Made by a program: the position numbers and the translations under genes. The notes below the pieces were generated by a model, which was not told where the DNA came from, searched no databases, and saw only the letters and a program-made list of their open reading frames with translations. A stretch of 63,782 bases of DNA, filler included, from Lenisia limosa (Eukaryota; Protista; Breviatea), in NCBI GenBank assembly GCA_001655205.1. It is 10 parts of 10 records of this genome, joined end to end, with 100 filler letters (N's around TTAATTAATTAA, not from the genome) between each part and the next. Parts side by side here need not be neighbours in the genome. Positions count along the whole stretch, not along the records: positions 25,349 to 36,812 come from LPNZ01006245.1; 9 more parts are not named here. One strand, 5' to 3'. This document shows positions 25,350 through 36,912 of the stretch, piece by piece (position 1 is the stretch's first letter; every line of letters begins with the position of its first letter).

Positions 25350-28200
25350 CTTCTTCTTTGCTGTTGTCTTCTGGCCGGTAGGTTCTGCTGAGGCACGGCG
25401 TTTGCGGTTGGCATCCAGTTTCTACCCCGTCAAAGTTGTCAACAAGAATCTGAAAGAGTAAATGGTCATCAAGCAAAGTAAATTTGTTACAATTCATTCA
25501 AACCTTTAACACAATATCATGTATGGCTTTGGAGTCATGTATTGCTNNNNNNNNNNNNNNNNNNNNNNNNNNNNNNNNNNNNNNNNNNNNNNNNNNNNNN
25601 NNNNNNNNNNNNNNNNNNNNNNNNNNNNNNNNNNNNNNNNNNNNNNNNNNNNNNNNNNNNNNNNNNNNNNNNNNNNNNNNNNNNNNNNNNNNNNNNNNNN
25701 NNNNNNNNNNNNNNNNNNNNNNNNNNNNNNNNNNNNNNNNNNGGTTATTGCTGCCAACATCCTTCTGCACTCGATCCTTGGTTGACTTGACCATTGCAAA
25801 CTGGTGCTGCAGATTGCCCTTTGAGTGCCTTTCATTCAGCTTTGTATGGAACTTGATGATTTTCTCAGGTATGGGCTTCGGCTTGAAAGTGGGGAATGGA
25901 TCGATGTAAGAAAGGTTAAAGAATGCGGTTCCAGGAGGGGTATGTAGATTGATGTGGGAGAAGAGACTCTTCAAGAATGGACCGTTGATGGTGTTGTAAC
26001 GGTAGGAAAGACCAGGTATGTAGACGTCTTTGTTGATAAGCGCAGTGTTATGTCTCCCTGTCTTTTCAAAGCCACAACATTTCATCTAGGCACCATACAG
26101 CTCAAGGTCAGTACCATGGAGGGACTCAGAAATGAGGGTCACAACATGCACGTCTTTGACATCCCTATGACAATAAAGAAAATAATGTCATTGTGTTGAA
26201 TGATGAGAAGAAATAAAAGTAGTTAAGTTACTCTGATTGCAAAAAACATGCAATTACTATCACACCACTCACTTATTTCCATGCTTCTTGCAAAAAGACT
26301 GAATTTTTGATCGCAATTTTTTAATTACATACGGGTGGTGGTACTGGTCTCCAACCTACTTTGTTAACACTATAATATCTTAGGTCATATAACATAGACT
26401 ATACTCTAGGTTGCTTGAATTTAAATGCAAAAACAAAATATATATCACAATAATCCTTACTTGGAGGAAGTGTGATGTGAATGATGGCTCGATGACGATG
26501 AGTAGGAAGAGCTTGTACAAGGCAAGTGCACAAACCTGGGGAGTAAAATATAATAATTGATGAAAATGGAAATAAAGGAATACCGTACCTCAGCTGAAAC
26601 CTGGATTCTGGCGCCAAAGATGGGGGAAAGGCAAAAGAAACATGAATATTGGAGCAAAGCAATCAGTGATTACTTGTTGAAAGTTATCACTTTTTTAGTG
26701 TTCCTTATTTTTGGGCAGAACTGCTGGTTCTAATATTGATTGGTTTATCATATTAATGTAATACGATATAATCACGAAAAGGTTCATATTAAGCTCCTCT
26801 TATTTAGTGAACAAGATCACTATTTTGTGAAAACTTGATCTTGTCATAAAAGCCCCCTTTTACTTTAGACGCACCCGGAAATATTATAAAATGTTCATAA
26901 CATTATATTTGAAAGTGAATGATGGTAAAATTACACACTCTCCCCTTTCGGAGCATACTTCTCCCAAATGTCGCTTTAGCGATTTGATGCGTGGAAATTG
27001 AAAAATACATTTTTTTCTTCACAATAAATACCATAACCAGGAAACAAAAAACCAAGAATGAACTTTTGTTAAAAGGTGTTCCTAAATTTGAAAAATAGAA
27101 AATAATCGGATATAATCGGATTAAATGACGCTAGCATATAGTATATATGATATATAGTATGCTTGGGAGGCACGCAGAAAGCTGTTTGTACAGAGTTGTT
27201 AGCCAAATGATTGGGTGAATAAATGAAACAATAATCCAATTCATCTTATATGCGTGGTGTGGACGGCNNNNNNNNNNNNNNNNNNNNNNNNNNNNNNNNN
27301 NNNNNNNNNNNNNNNNNNNNNNNNNNNNNNNNNNNNNNNNNNNNNATTGGATGACCACCCTATCTTTCCCAACTTTAGTTGTATTTTGCTTTCTTGAACA
27401 TGTTTACATAACAATGTGCGTCCATGAAAGTCACTAACCAATATAGTTGGAAGAAATCCACTACTATGGTTAAGGACGTCAAATCTCAGTATTTTCATAA
27501 TCAGTAAGCTGACTCGACATTTTGTTTATCGTCAAGGGAAATCACCACCCGAGTCTTCACCTTTGATTCTCTTGAAGGCCTAGTCAAGCCCAAGTCAGGG
27601 ACTTGGGCATACAATTGGACCGCTTTCCCTACTGTATGTTCTGTTGGGCTGTTTTTTATTTCTTCTTTGTAGTTCACAACAATTATCTTGTAGTCCCCAA
27701 CCAACGCAGTTTGGGATGCTCTTCGGTTTAAGGTGGGGGGGGGGGGNNNNNNNNNNNNNNNNNNNNNNNNNNNNNNNNNNNNNNNNNNNNNNNNNNNNNN
27801 NNNNNNNNNNNNNNNNNNNNNNNNNNNNNNNNNNNNNNNNNNNNNNNNNNNNNNNNNNNNNNNNNNNNTCACCTGCCTCACATACACAGAAAAAAATATA
27901 TTTTGAGAAAGACGTGGAGTCAGATGCTCTGTTCTTGGAACAATCCACTGTCGATAAGAAGGGTTCCCATAACTTCAAGATTGGATCACTGCTCACACAG
28001 TTTGCTTCACTCGAAAAAGTTGGCTTCTGCGTCATTCTGGCTCTTGACTATACATACTGCATCTTCTCAATTTCGATGCCTATATCTTTGGTATTCAGCT
28101 GTTTTACCCCACTAGATAGGACTTGACTTTAAAAAGGTCAAGATTGTTTTAGTCTTGGTGACGCCGACAAAGTAGGTCCCCACATCATCTTGCTTAATGG
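25350..28200 (-). CDS. Hypothetical multi-exon gene(s)
   Basis: GT-AG exons such as DVKDVHVVTLISESLHGTDLEL, DVYIPGLSYRYNTINGPFLKSLFSHINL...PEKIIKFHTKLNERHSKG and KLDANRKRRASAEPTGQKTTAKKK. Not recognised. Confidence 0.35.
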
Positions 28201-30647
28201 TTATAACACTATATTTGATATAATATTACATTTAAAGTGTTCTGGTCTGGTGCTCACTCGTTTAACTATGTTACTGGGTGTAAGTTGGTCTTGTGTTGTT
28301 GCAAGCTTATATTTGATAGAGTTGCTTGCTTATTGTCTTTTATGTTTTATTCGTGTTATTGCACACGAATATTCTAACTTCCTTCTGTGATATTCTGGTA
28401 TAATAGTGATACGTAATTTGAGTGTGAAGAGGACAACAATGCTGGCGTATCTGGTCAGAGCCCCCGTAGAGGCCTATCAGATGTGGATACCGTTTTTATA
28501 AACAATCGAATTCAGATGTTTGTTGTTCCATATCTTGAGTAATGTATTATATTGATATCATCAAAACTCCGGACATATTCACTGGACATCAAAATTCCCG
28601 GACAGTTTGAATTTTCCCTTTCAATCACGATCTCTTATAAGCGTGATGGTGTNNNNNNNNNNNNNNNNNNNNNNNNNNNNNNNNNNNNNNNNNNNNNNNN
28701 NTCCTACCTCTACGCACTTCCAAAATGCATAAATCCCCAAGAAGCTTCCGTACCTTCTTCTTAGCTTTTATGCTCCATGTTTCTTACCCATATTGAGAGT
28801 ACTGCATGCTAAAGACCTATTGGCCAACGCCGTCATATTTTAACCCATTCTGCTGAACAGGCTGCCATTAATCATATTGGAACTACCCATTCGCTGTAAT
28901 ATGATTTCTAAACACCGTATACCAAGTTCATACAATCTGACCTCATAAATGATGTTAGAAGCATAGTTGACGAAGCATTCACTCATATTTGGATAACATC
29001 TCGGTCGACCATCTGAAATTATGTCTCAAATCTGGATGCGTTCAACACCAACATTTAACCATGATATCCATGATCTTCACTGGCTTGTTTCTAATACTTA
29101 TGTTCACAATGGCACTTCATTTGCAATTGATAACGGCCTCTTATTCAGATCTAACTAATGTAGCTGTGAATACGGCTGGGTGCTGAGCTGTCCAAAGCGC
29201 GGAAACACGATAATTCGCCCCAAAGAATACCTTTGCCATTTGTCGTCTTTTGATATTTCCGTAGAGACTATCAAATCGTCTTCACAGGCATGGGAGACTG
29301 CGATCAATCAACTTGACCTTGAATATTGGCACGCAACTTATGATATGAAAGAGACCGTTCCGCTACCTCTGAATGAATCCGTGGTATCTGGGAATTATAT
29401 ATTTGAGTCTTTTGGTTGTCCTTTTTTGCCTTCAAACCAGCTGAATTTGACTCATTCTGCAGAATTTTGGCACTGTAGATGCAGCTCGCGAACTGTAGGC
29501 TGAAAGGATTGTTTGAATCCAGGTATCACACATTTTCCCGAGTAATAGAGCTGTTTCTAATGATAACTCCAATCTCTTTTGAAACTGTTATACAGGGCTG
29601 TAGTATAAAAGGTTATTCTGAAGGGTAATCTGATTCGCTGCACAGTGACTGTGTATAGAATATTATATTCATAGTTTAATACTAGGTGAACCATTTATCA
29701 CTGCTCAGAATTGAAAGTGTTGTTGAAGAACCAAATGCAGTTCTTGTGGACCGCTGCGTTGAAGACATCAAAACAACTCTAAATTTCCAAGGAGTAAGCA
29801 AACTACAATCACCTGATGATATCGCCGTAAAACCCAGAGATTACTACTGGGCCTAAAGAGGACAATCTAACTTCATCATTACTACTGTGAACTAAACAAT
29901 GTAAAAATGGGTATATAAATTCACCATCATATAGTGTAAAAAAGTCTACAATATATAGCTAATCTATAAATGTGATATATTTATATAGGTCCGAAAAAAG
30001 ACTGGATTTCTCTATAAATCCTCCAAAAGTACAATATCGATATTTTGGGACCTTCTCGGACGGAAATGAATGAAGCCCTGCCTGTATTGCATATTGTGAT
30101 ATTCACACAAGGTGATTCTATTACCATATATCACACCGTCCATATAACTGTGAATTTTTTTTAAATATACGAAAATTTTTGCTAAAAATATGGCATGTAA
30201 CTAAGAGAATTGTCGTAACACTGTTGCTAACAAAAATGACAATAACTTTTATTTGTTGGTGACAACAACATTTTTATTTTGGTGAGATTGCTGCTTATTT
30301 NNNNNNNNNNNNNNNNNNNNNNNNNNNNNNNNNNNNNNNNNNNNNNNNNNNNNNNNNNNNNNNNNNNNNNNNNNNNNNNNNNNNNNNNNNNNNNNNNNNN
30401 NNNNAAAATGTTCATTTGGCTTGTTTTCACAGATAGAGGAAAATTCCCAGATATATGGACGGTGTGATATCTACAAGCGTATCCATCTGTTGTCCGGAAT
30501 TGCAAATGGGAGGGTGACACGTAGGGTGACACGTAGAACGTGTACTGGGTTTTGGGGGTAGACGAGGGTTATTATATTTAATGCAATAGCCTACCTGGGT
30601 TATTATGCAGGGGCTATTGTCCTTATTCGTGAATCTAATCCTTGCAG

Positions 30648-30783
30648 GTAGGCTGGGGAGGCACGCGGAAAGCTGTGTGCACAGATTTGTAAGGCAAATG
30701 ATTGGGTGAATTAATATAATTCTATAATCCAGTATCTATAGACGGCTTCGGCCAGATACAAACTTATTTTTTATTTCTCAAAG
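30648..30783 (+). mobile_element. Repeat family C spanning a whole GT-AG intron (introner-like)
   Basis: GTAGGCTGGGGAGGCACGCGGAAAGCTGTGTGCACAG..CAAATGATTGGGTGAATTAAT..GACGGCTTCGGCCAGATAC..TTCTCAAAG. A near-identical whole intron is at 40202-40345(-); further copies at ~16080, 19870, 27157, 45350, 46600, 47120, 59160, 62870. Confidence 0.88.
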
Positions 30784-33142
30784 CTATATATAATACAATG
30801 GGTTATGATCATTTCGTTTAAGGCTTGGTCTAACCTTAACATCAGGAAACATCCACTTTTCTTGCTTTTTTGTCATCAGCTATGCAACAAAAATCTTCGA
30901 CCAAGGTTTGGTGAAGCTCTGTTGGTTGCTGAATTTCGAGTATCTGGGGATTTTGGTTTGGGATAAGTCCAAGTTATATATTGAATTTTATTAGATAATT
31001 TCAACTTTTACTAAAATAACAGAAGCAGCAACACCTAGGGTGGTCATCCAAACCATATATACCTTTGTGTGCATTATTTGACCTCCCCCCTCACCCCTCC
31101 CCCTCTAGTCATGTATTCCTTTTTAATCATAAAAAATTACCAACTCAAACAATATGGAGAAAATGCTTCTCTGAAGACTCGTTGTATTGCTATTAAAGCT
31201 ACTATCCCTGCTTCTATGGACACTACTTCTCATGGCTCCAATGTATCTGCATTTCAAAACGCTGGTATCTTTGTGATGAAAGGTGAAGATGGTCCTGTAT
31301 TGAAAGTAGACCCTTCTGCTGTGCTCTTAAAAACAGAAAAGCCCAACAAAGTGCTGTTATTAATTCTCCAAGAACAATTAGAGTTGTTGCTGACTGCAAG
31401 TTCAATGAAAACTCAAACTCAATTCCAAGTGGTTTGACTAACTCTTTGAGACATCAGGGATATTCAAACTGCAAAAGAGCTGAAAAGACACAAGAACAAA
31501 GCTGAAAGCTCCCGTGGGCGGATAGCCCCTTATTGAGAACTGGACAGATCTCTGCAAAGCCGCCTCCTCGTGTTGACATTTCACTATTAGCAATGAATGA
31601 ACAAGAGCAGTTTTACTCTGATTTGGTTCGGAATGATGTAAAGAAGAAACTCTTTGAAAACGCAAAAAAAAAAGAGAACTGCTGAACTTAAGGACATTCA
31701 AATAGAGGCTGCGAAAGGAAAAAAATTGCTGATAAATGCACAACTGAGTCAAAGACAAAGACGCAAAAATGCTTAATTTGTTAAATATATTCTATTGTAA
31801 TCTCTAGGGTGCTCAAAATCCATTCGAAACAAATTTGAGGTAATGCGAAAATAGAGGTGTTTGATTCAACTCAGATACTTGATTCAACTCAACTACATGA
31901 TTCAACTCGGGTATAGTGACCATATAATATATAGTATACACTATGTATGTCACTCTCGTAAAAAAATAATGGTGAAGGAACGGTTACTGCTCGGGCTTCA
32001 TTGCGGCTTGTATTTGAACTGATTGTGCTGTAGACAAACATTGATTATCTTCTTGAAATGAACAATGAACTTCTGAAGAACTTCATTAACAAGCTTTTGA
32101 GCAGAGCAGAAGGTTGGAAGATAGGACAGCATTTATGTAACACCTTTGAATTTCACCAACTTTTTAGAAAGCAAGGATCTGAAGCGAAGGCGTAGCTCCG
32201 CCGGCGCTGCACAGTGGGTTGCCTTTTGTTTAGTCATTCATTTTCTTGTAAACTAGTGACTGGGTAGTGCCAAATTAGTGATCATAGTTGTTATTTTAGT
32301 AACACGCCTTGCCCCCTTTCCTTTTTTTTTCCTTTTCTTTTTTTATTTTTATTATTTTGTGGATCTGGGCTTAACTTTTAAGACCCCGTCCCTCTCAGCC
32401 CCAGGTGCTACAGTGCTAGTCTGACAAATGTGTGTTTTATGACTAAACTAGAACACTACGTTAACCACAAATGAATTTTTTTTTACTTTTCTTTATTGGG
32501 GAGGTAGGAAGGTCCCTTGCCCTAGAGCAAGTGAAACCGAGCAGCGGAGTTATATGGTAGTCTGAAACGGGTGTTTTAACAAAAAATCAGATACATCAAT
32601 CAACCATCAGTTCACTGAAAACAGTGAAAAACAACTCTACTATAACAAACACAACAATATCAAACAATACAACCCCATTCCTCCTCATCAGAGTACATTC
32701 AGATGTGGTCTGGGTAGTGAGTAGATGAGAGCGTTAATTTCCTTATACTTACATAATATATATAGCAAATATATATGATATAAATATATATATATAATAG
32801 AGCAGTATCCCAGGTGGCATGTTTCACGCAACAACACAAAATCAGCACGCAAAAGATTAGGAGGAGGTTAAAAAACAACACAAAAAGAAAAAGTGACAAC
32901 TTGTCTATCAAGAAATATTGAATTTTTATCCATCCAGTTCGCATCCCAACTCGGATTGGTGGTGACGGTTGTCGTGGGGTTGGTAGCAGAATCAGCAGTC
33001 TGTGATGGTAAAGATATTCACTCTTTCTAGGGACAATAGACATAAAATAGCAGGCAAATATGTACAAGCTTAGTAGTGATCATAGAGCTGCGAATGGGTA
33101 GCTACGGAAACGTCTTTGTTGTGAACAGAAACTCTCTTTACT

Positions 33143-33351
33143 ATAGGGTCACCAGATTAGCTTTAGTAAATAACAAGATTTTAATCGCTAATCGCTAATG
33201 GATTAGCAAGCATTTTGAGTTATTTTGGGGGTGAAAAAAATAGGAAAAAACCAAATAAAAATTGAATTTCCCCTGTGCCAAAATAATAATCGCTAACTGC
33301 TAACGATTAGCGCTAAAATCAGGATCAAAGTGCTAATCTGGTGACCCAACA
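33143..33351. mobile_element. 209-bp TIR element with 9-bp target-site duplication (MULE-like, non-autonomous), apparently forming an intron
   Basis: TIRs GGGTCACCAGATTAGC (from 33146) / GCTAATCTGGTGACCC (to 33347); direct repeat CTCTTTACT at 33134-33142 and 33352-33360. Confidence 0.85.
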
Positions 33352-33844
33352 CTCTTTACTGTTCCTCCAGCAAAATCTCGAAAAAACTGATCTTCTTTTT
33401 TCGCCTCACCCTGCGACTCCGTGCTCGAGGGCAAGTTTTTCATAAGAATTCCAAGCACAACAACGGTAAAAGACATACACCCCATGGGATTTTCGTTTTC
33501 CTGGTTTTCCATTTGCATTTTTTCCAATATATTGTAACATATGACAGACCATCCTGCTGCGCCTGCCTTCCCGAACTTGGCGGCAGGGCGGCAGGTGGAA
33601 TTGGAACCGAAAAAAAAGCCTCTCTCTCTACCTTGTCTGCTGACTGGCTTGATCAGGGGAAAGTTGGGGTCAAGCTCAGGAAACACACAAACATGGAACA
33701 GGAGGGACAGAGTAAAGCAGGTTTTCAAGTGTTTTTGTACTGGGAGGGAATGTAATTGGGATATTTATGAAACAAAAAAAAGCGGCAAAACGAAGGAAAC
33801 CAGCTTTAGGGGGGAGAGAACTACTGTACATTAGAAAAGCCGGT

Positions 33845-34427
33845 TTAGGAGGACTGCGGCGCGGCTGCTCTCCAACAAAGAACAGCGTTCTTGTCAGTGA
33901 CACCAACTACCAAACTGGCGTCGTGGTTCAAGGCAACCTAGGGGGGTAAAACGAAGGAAATTTCTATGAAGAATATTTGGCGTAAAGGTACTAATCTCGA
34001 AACGAATAATGAAACCCCAAACAAAAAACAAGAATAAACAAGCAATAACAAACACGAGCAACCAACGCTAAAACTAGAAAAAAGCCCGATGACAAAAACA
34101 CAGAAACAAAAAGAAGCCTGAGCCGAAGAGTCTGGAAATGAAAGAAGGGTAGTAAATTTTCAAGTTATTCCAAATTTTTGGTGGCACACAATCCCCCCCT
34201 TATAACCCCTTTATACTCCCCTCCTTCAAAAAAAAGGAATATGAACAACCAACCCAAACCCAGCACGCAAACAAAAAAACCAACCCAAACCCAGCACACC
34301 CAAAAAGAAGACAATCCAGGGTTTTAGCAGACTGTATTCAATTATCATCATTATTGTCAGCAACCCAGCATACGCATCGGTAATTTGACGCCGGGTTCAA
34401 CTTGCTGCACTCAAGCTCGCACACAGG
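33845..34427 (-). CDS. C-terminus of a WD40-repeat protein (LRWD1/EED-like final blade)
   Basis: Exon 34374-34427 (PVCELECSKLNPASNYRC) splices in phase 0 to exon 33845-33937 (VALNHDASLVVGVTDKNAVLCWRAAAPQSS*). Resembles LRWD1 TALTDSNIVAIWG and EED SFSRDSSILIAVCDD. Confidence 0.45.
33938..34130 (-). mobile_element. Intron-associated repeat family A (introner-like)
   Basis: Sense consensus CTCGGGCTT...GCTCGTGTTTGTT...TTCGTGATTAGTACCTTTACGCCAATATTCTTC..AAATTTCCTTCGTTTTACCCCCC.AG. Also at ~439-560(-), 1155-1210(-), 23797-23970(+), 25100-25200(-), 54488-54655(-). Confidence 0.85.
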
Positions 34428-35039
34428 CTGGAAATTGTCAGAAGTGGAGGGAGGGCTCGTGGGAGGGTGGAATGCTAACGCCCATAAAGATCAGCTTCCT
34501 TTTACAAGGAAAAATATTGTTGTTGGGTATAAATGAGTGCGGGAAGCTGATAAGAACCCCCCCCCCCCNNNNNNNNNNNNNNNNNNNNNNNNNNNNNNNN
34601 NNNNNNNNNNNNNNNNNNNNNNNNNNNNNNNNNNNNNNNNNNNNNNNNNNAAAATCGGTGCTTTTTGTTTTTCATATTTGATGACACGTTATGGGACGAT
34701 TTTCTCCCCAAATTTCCTGAAAAAAGTTACCCGGGTCTTTGGCTATTGTTTTTTTCTTTCGATTCTCTATTCTCTTAAAATTGTGTTTGAAAAAAGGTTC
34801 ATTAACCGCCCTTTCCCCATATGTGTACTTCTGTGTTGATATTTTTACATTCTGTCAAGATATTCATTGTTCGAAAAATACCCAGGTGCTCTCAAAATTG
34901 GTACCCGGGTATTTTCAAAATTCAAGCCCCCTCTATCTCCCGCCCCGGGATAATCATATTTGTGATAAAATGATTAAAAAGGTATTAGTTCTTTTTGCCA
35001 TTTCACTGTCTTGAACTTAATAATTCTTTTAGAATGGTT

Positions 35040-36020
35040 CACCTTGACACCATTATTGGAAAGTATCAACACTACTCAGAGATACCAGAAGAGTGGAAAT
35101 AAAAGTACAAAAGACCAAGCAGAGATGTGTATTTAAATGCGCTTATTGCTGCGAACTTGAATGGATCAAAGGTTAGCTTATTATATTTGTACTTCACTTC
35201 TGATTGATGTCTAATTGTGTAGGTTAAGATTGGGAGCTATCGTCATTATATTCCTGACATTCCACACGAAGGCTACTCGCGCCTTCAAAATCCTGGCATC
35301 CCGCTGATTCCAAGAAAGATATTTGAAGACATTGTGAAGCGAGGGCAAAAAGTCGTCCACGACTAATACGAAATGACTTATGATGCTACGACTACGTCAC
35401 TAAAAAAAAATTGTTGTGGTTGTTTTGTATGCCATCTAACTATTACATAGAGTAAAGGAAAACTACCACTGGAAGATATCAAACGTGTTGTTCTCCGAAA
35501 GTCTGGAAAAGTGCCCTCTGATACTTATGCTCGGAACCTGAAAAACAACACAGTGACAACGAGTAGCATGGAAACAGCACGTCAAAGAAAATGTCAGGTT
35601 AGTAGCTCTTTCAGGAAGATCTCATCTCCAAAGCAGCAACCGCGACGAGACATGCACTTGACGGAAACTTGATAGCGTGTAAGTGGCTTAATAAAACCAT
35701 AATCACTGTGCTACAACATCATAGTAGGTTATTACACCACGAAAGGATACTCCAAAGAAAGCCCCAAGAAACCAAGAAACACGGCTTGCCCTTTGGAAAA
35801 CGGTGCTGTTTTAACCCTTATGCAAACGGAAAGACTTGGTGGCGCGGCTCTTATGACGACTCATCACCGCAAGAGGAGAGCTGAGCTGGATGCCCTTGAT
35901 ACTGATAGAGCAACTGTCGCTCAGGGACCTGGGAGAGGAAGAGCAAGAGGTCGTGGACGGGGACGTGGTACCGTGCGAGGAAGCCCAAGAGGCCGTGGTC
36001 CACCCCGGCTCAACCCCTAG
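35040..36020 (+). CDS. Hypothetical gene with RG-rich C-terminal tail, possibly degenerate
   Basis: GT-AG exons end in ...GPGRGRARGRGRGRGTVRGSPRGRGPPRLNP*. Apparent in-frame TAA codons lie in upstream segments. Confidence 0.35.
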
Positions 36021-36912
36021 TATTACTGGATTTCTGTGTTCATTTTCTTAATGCCAATTGTATAATATTTAAATAGAGCATACAACCATTATTTCCATTT
36101 GGTCATATGCTCTAATCTGAAAAAAAAAACAGAATAACCCCAAATATCAGTATATTTTACCCCCCCCCCCACGTCAATGTCTATAGGCTTGACCATGCCT
36201 TCGGTACGGGCTTTTTTGGCATTTTCGCGGACCGGAGAGAGATCAAAGAGCGCCACCTTCTGCTGCGAGGTGCCACAGGCGTAGTATTTGCTATCTGCAG
36301 TTGAATTAGTTACATTAGCTACATCGGTGTAGCATTTGCTATCTGCAGTTGACCTAGTTCCTTTATTAATACCCACCTTAACTCAATCCCCCCCCCCCAC
36401 CAAGTTAAAACAATTGTCNNNNNNNNNNNNNNNNNNNNNNNNNNNNNNNNNNNNNNNNNNNNNNNNNNNNNNNNNNNNNNNNNNNNNAAAAAATCAAAAT
36501 ATAGTCCCCGCACCGTAGCTCAACCGCCCGCGCATGTAGCGATTCGGTACGCCCTCACAAGACGTAAGCTTCAGACGAGCAATGAGTTTCTGGGGGAGGG
36601 GAGGTAAAACGAAGGAAATTTCAAATCACAAATGAAAAATTTTAACCCAGAAGAAATAACTTGAAGAAAAAAAAAACAGGGTTTCACTTTGGTTCAAAAA
36701 GGACCGGTAAAATATCGCAAGTTTTCGAGGTTTTATTGAGAAATTCGGGTTTTTTGTCAAACTGAGTGAAGCCCTTCTAGAAACACCTCAACATCAAAAT
36801 CCACGTTCTCCANNNNNNNNNNNNNNNNNNNNNNNNNNNNNNNNNNNNNNNNNNNNTTAATTAATTAANNNNNNNNNNNNNNNNNNNNNNNNNNNNNNNN
36901 NNNNNNNNNNNN

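Noticed and set aside
28790-35400. Stop-codon reassignment suggested by a few in-frame TAA
   Set aside because: Conserved dynein, cyclase, G-alpha and M8 exons contain no in-frame stops, use TGG for Trp, and genes end in TAA, TAG and TGA.
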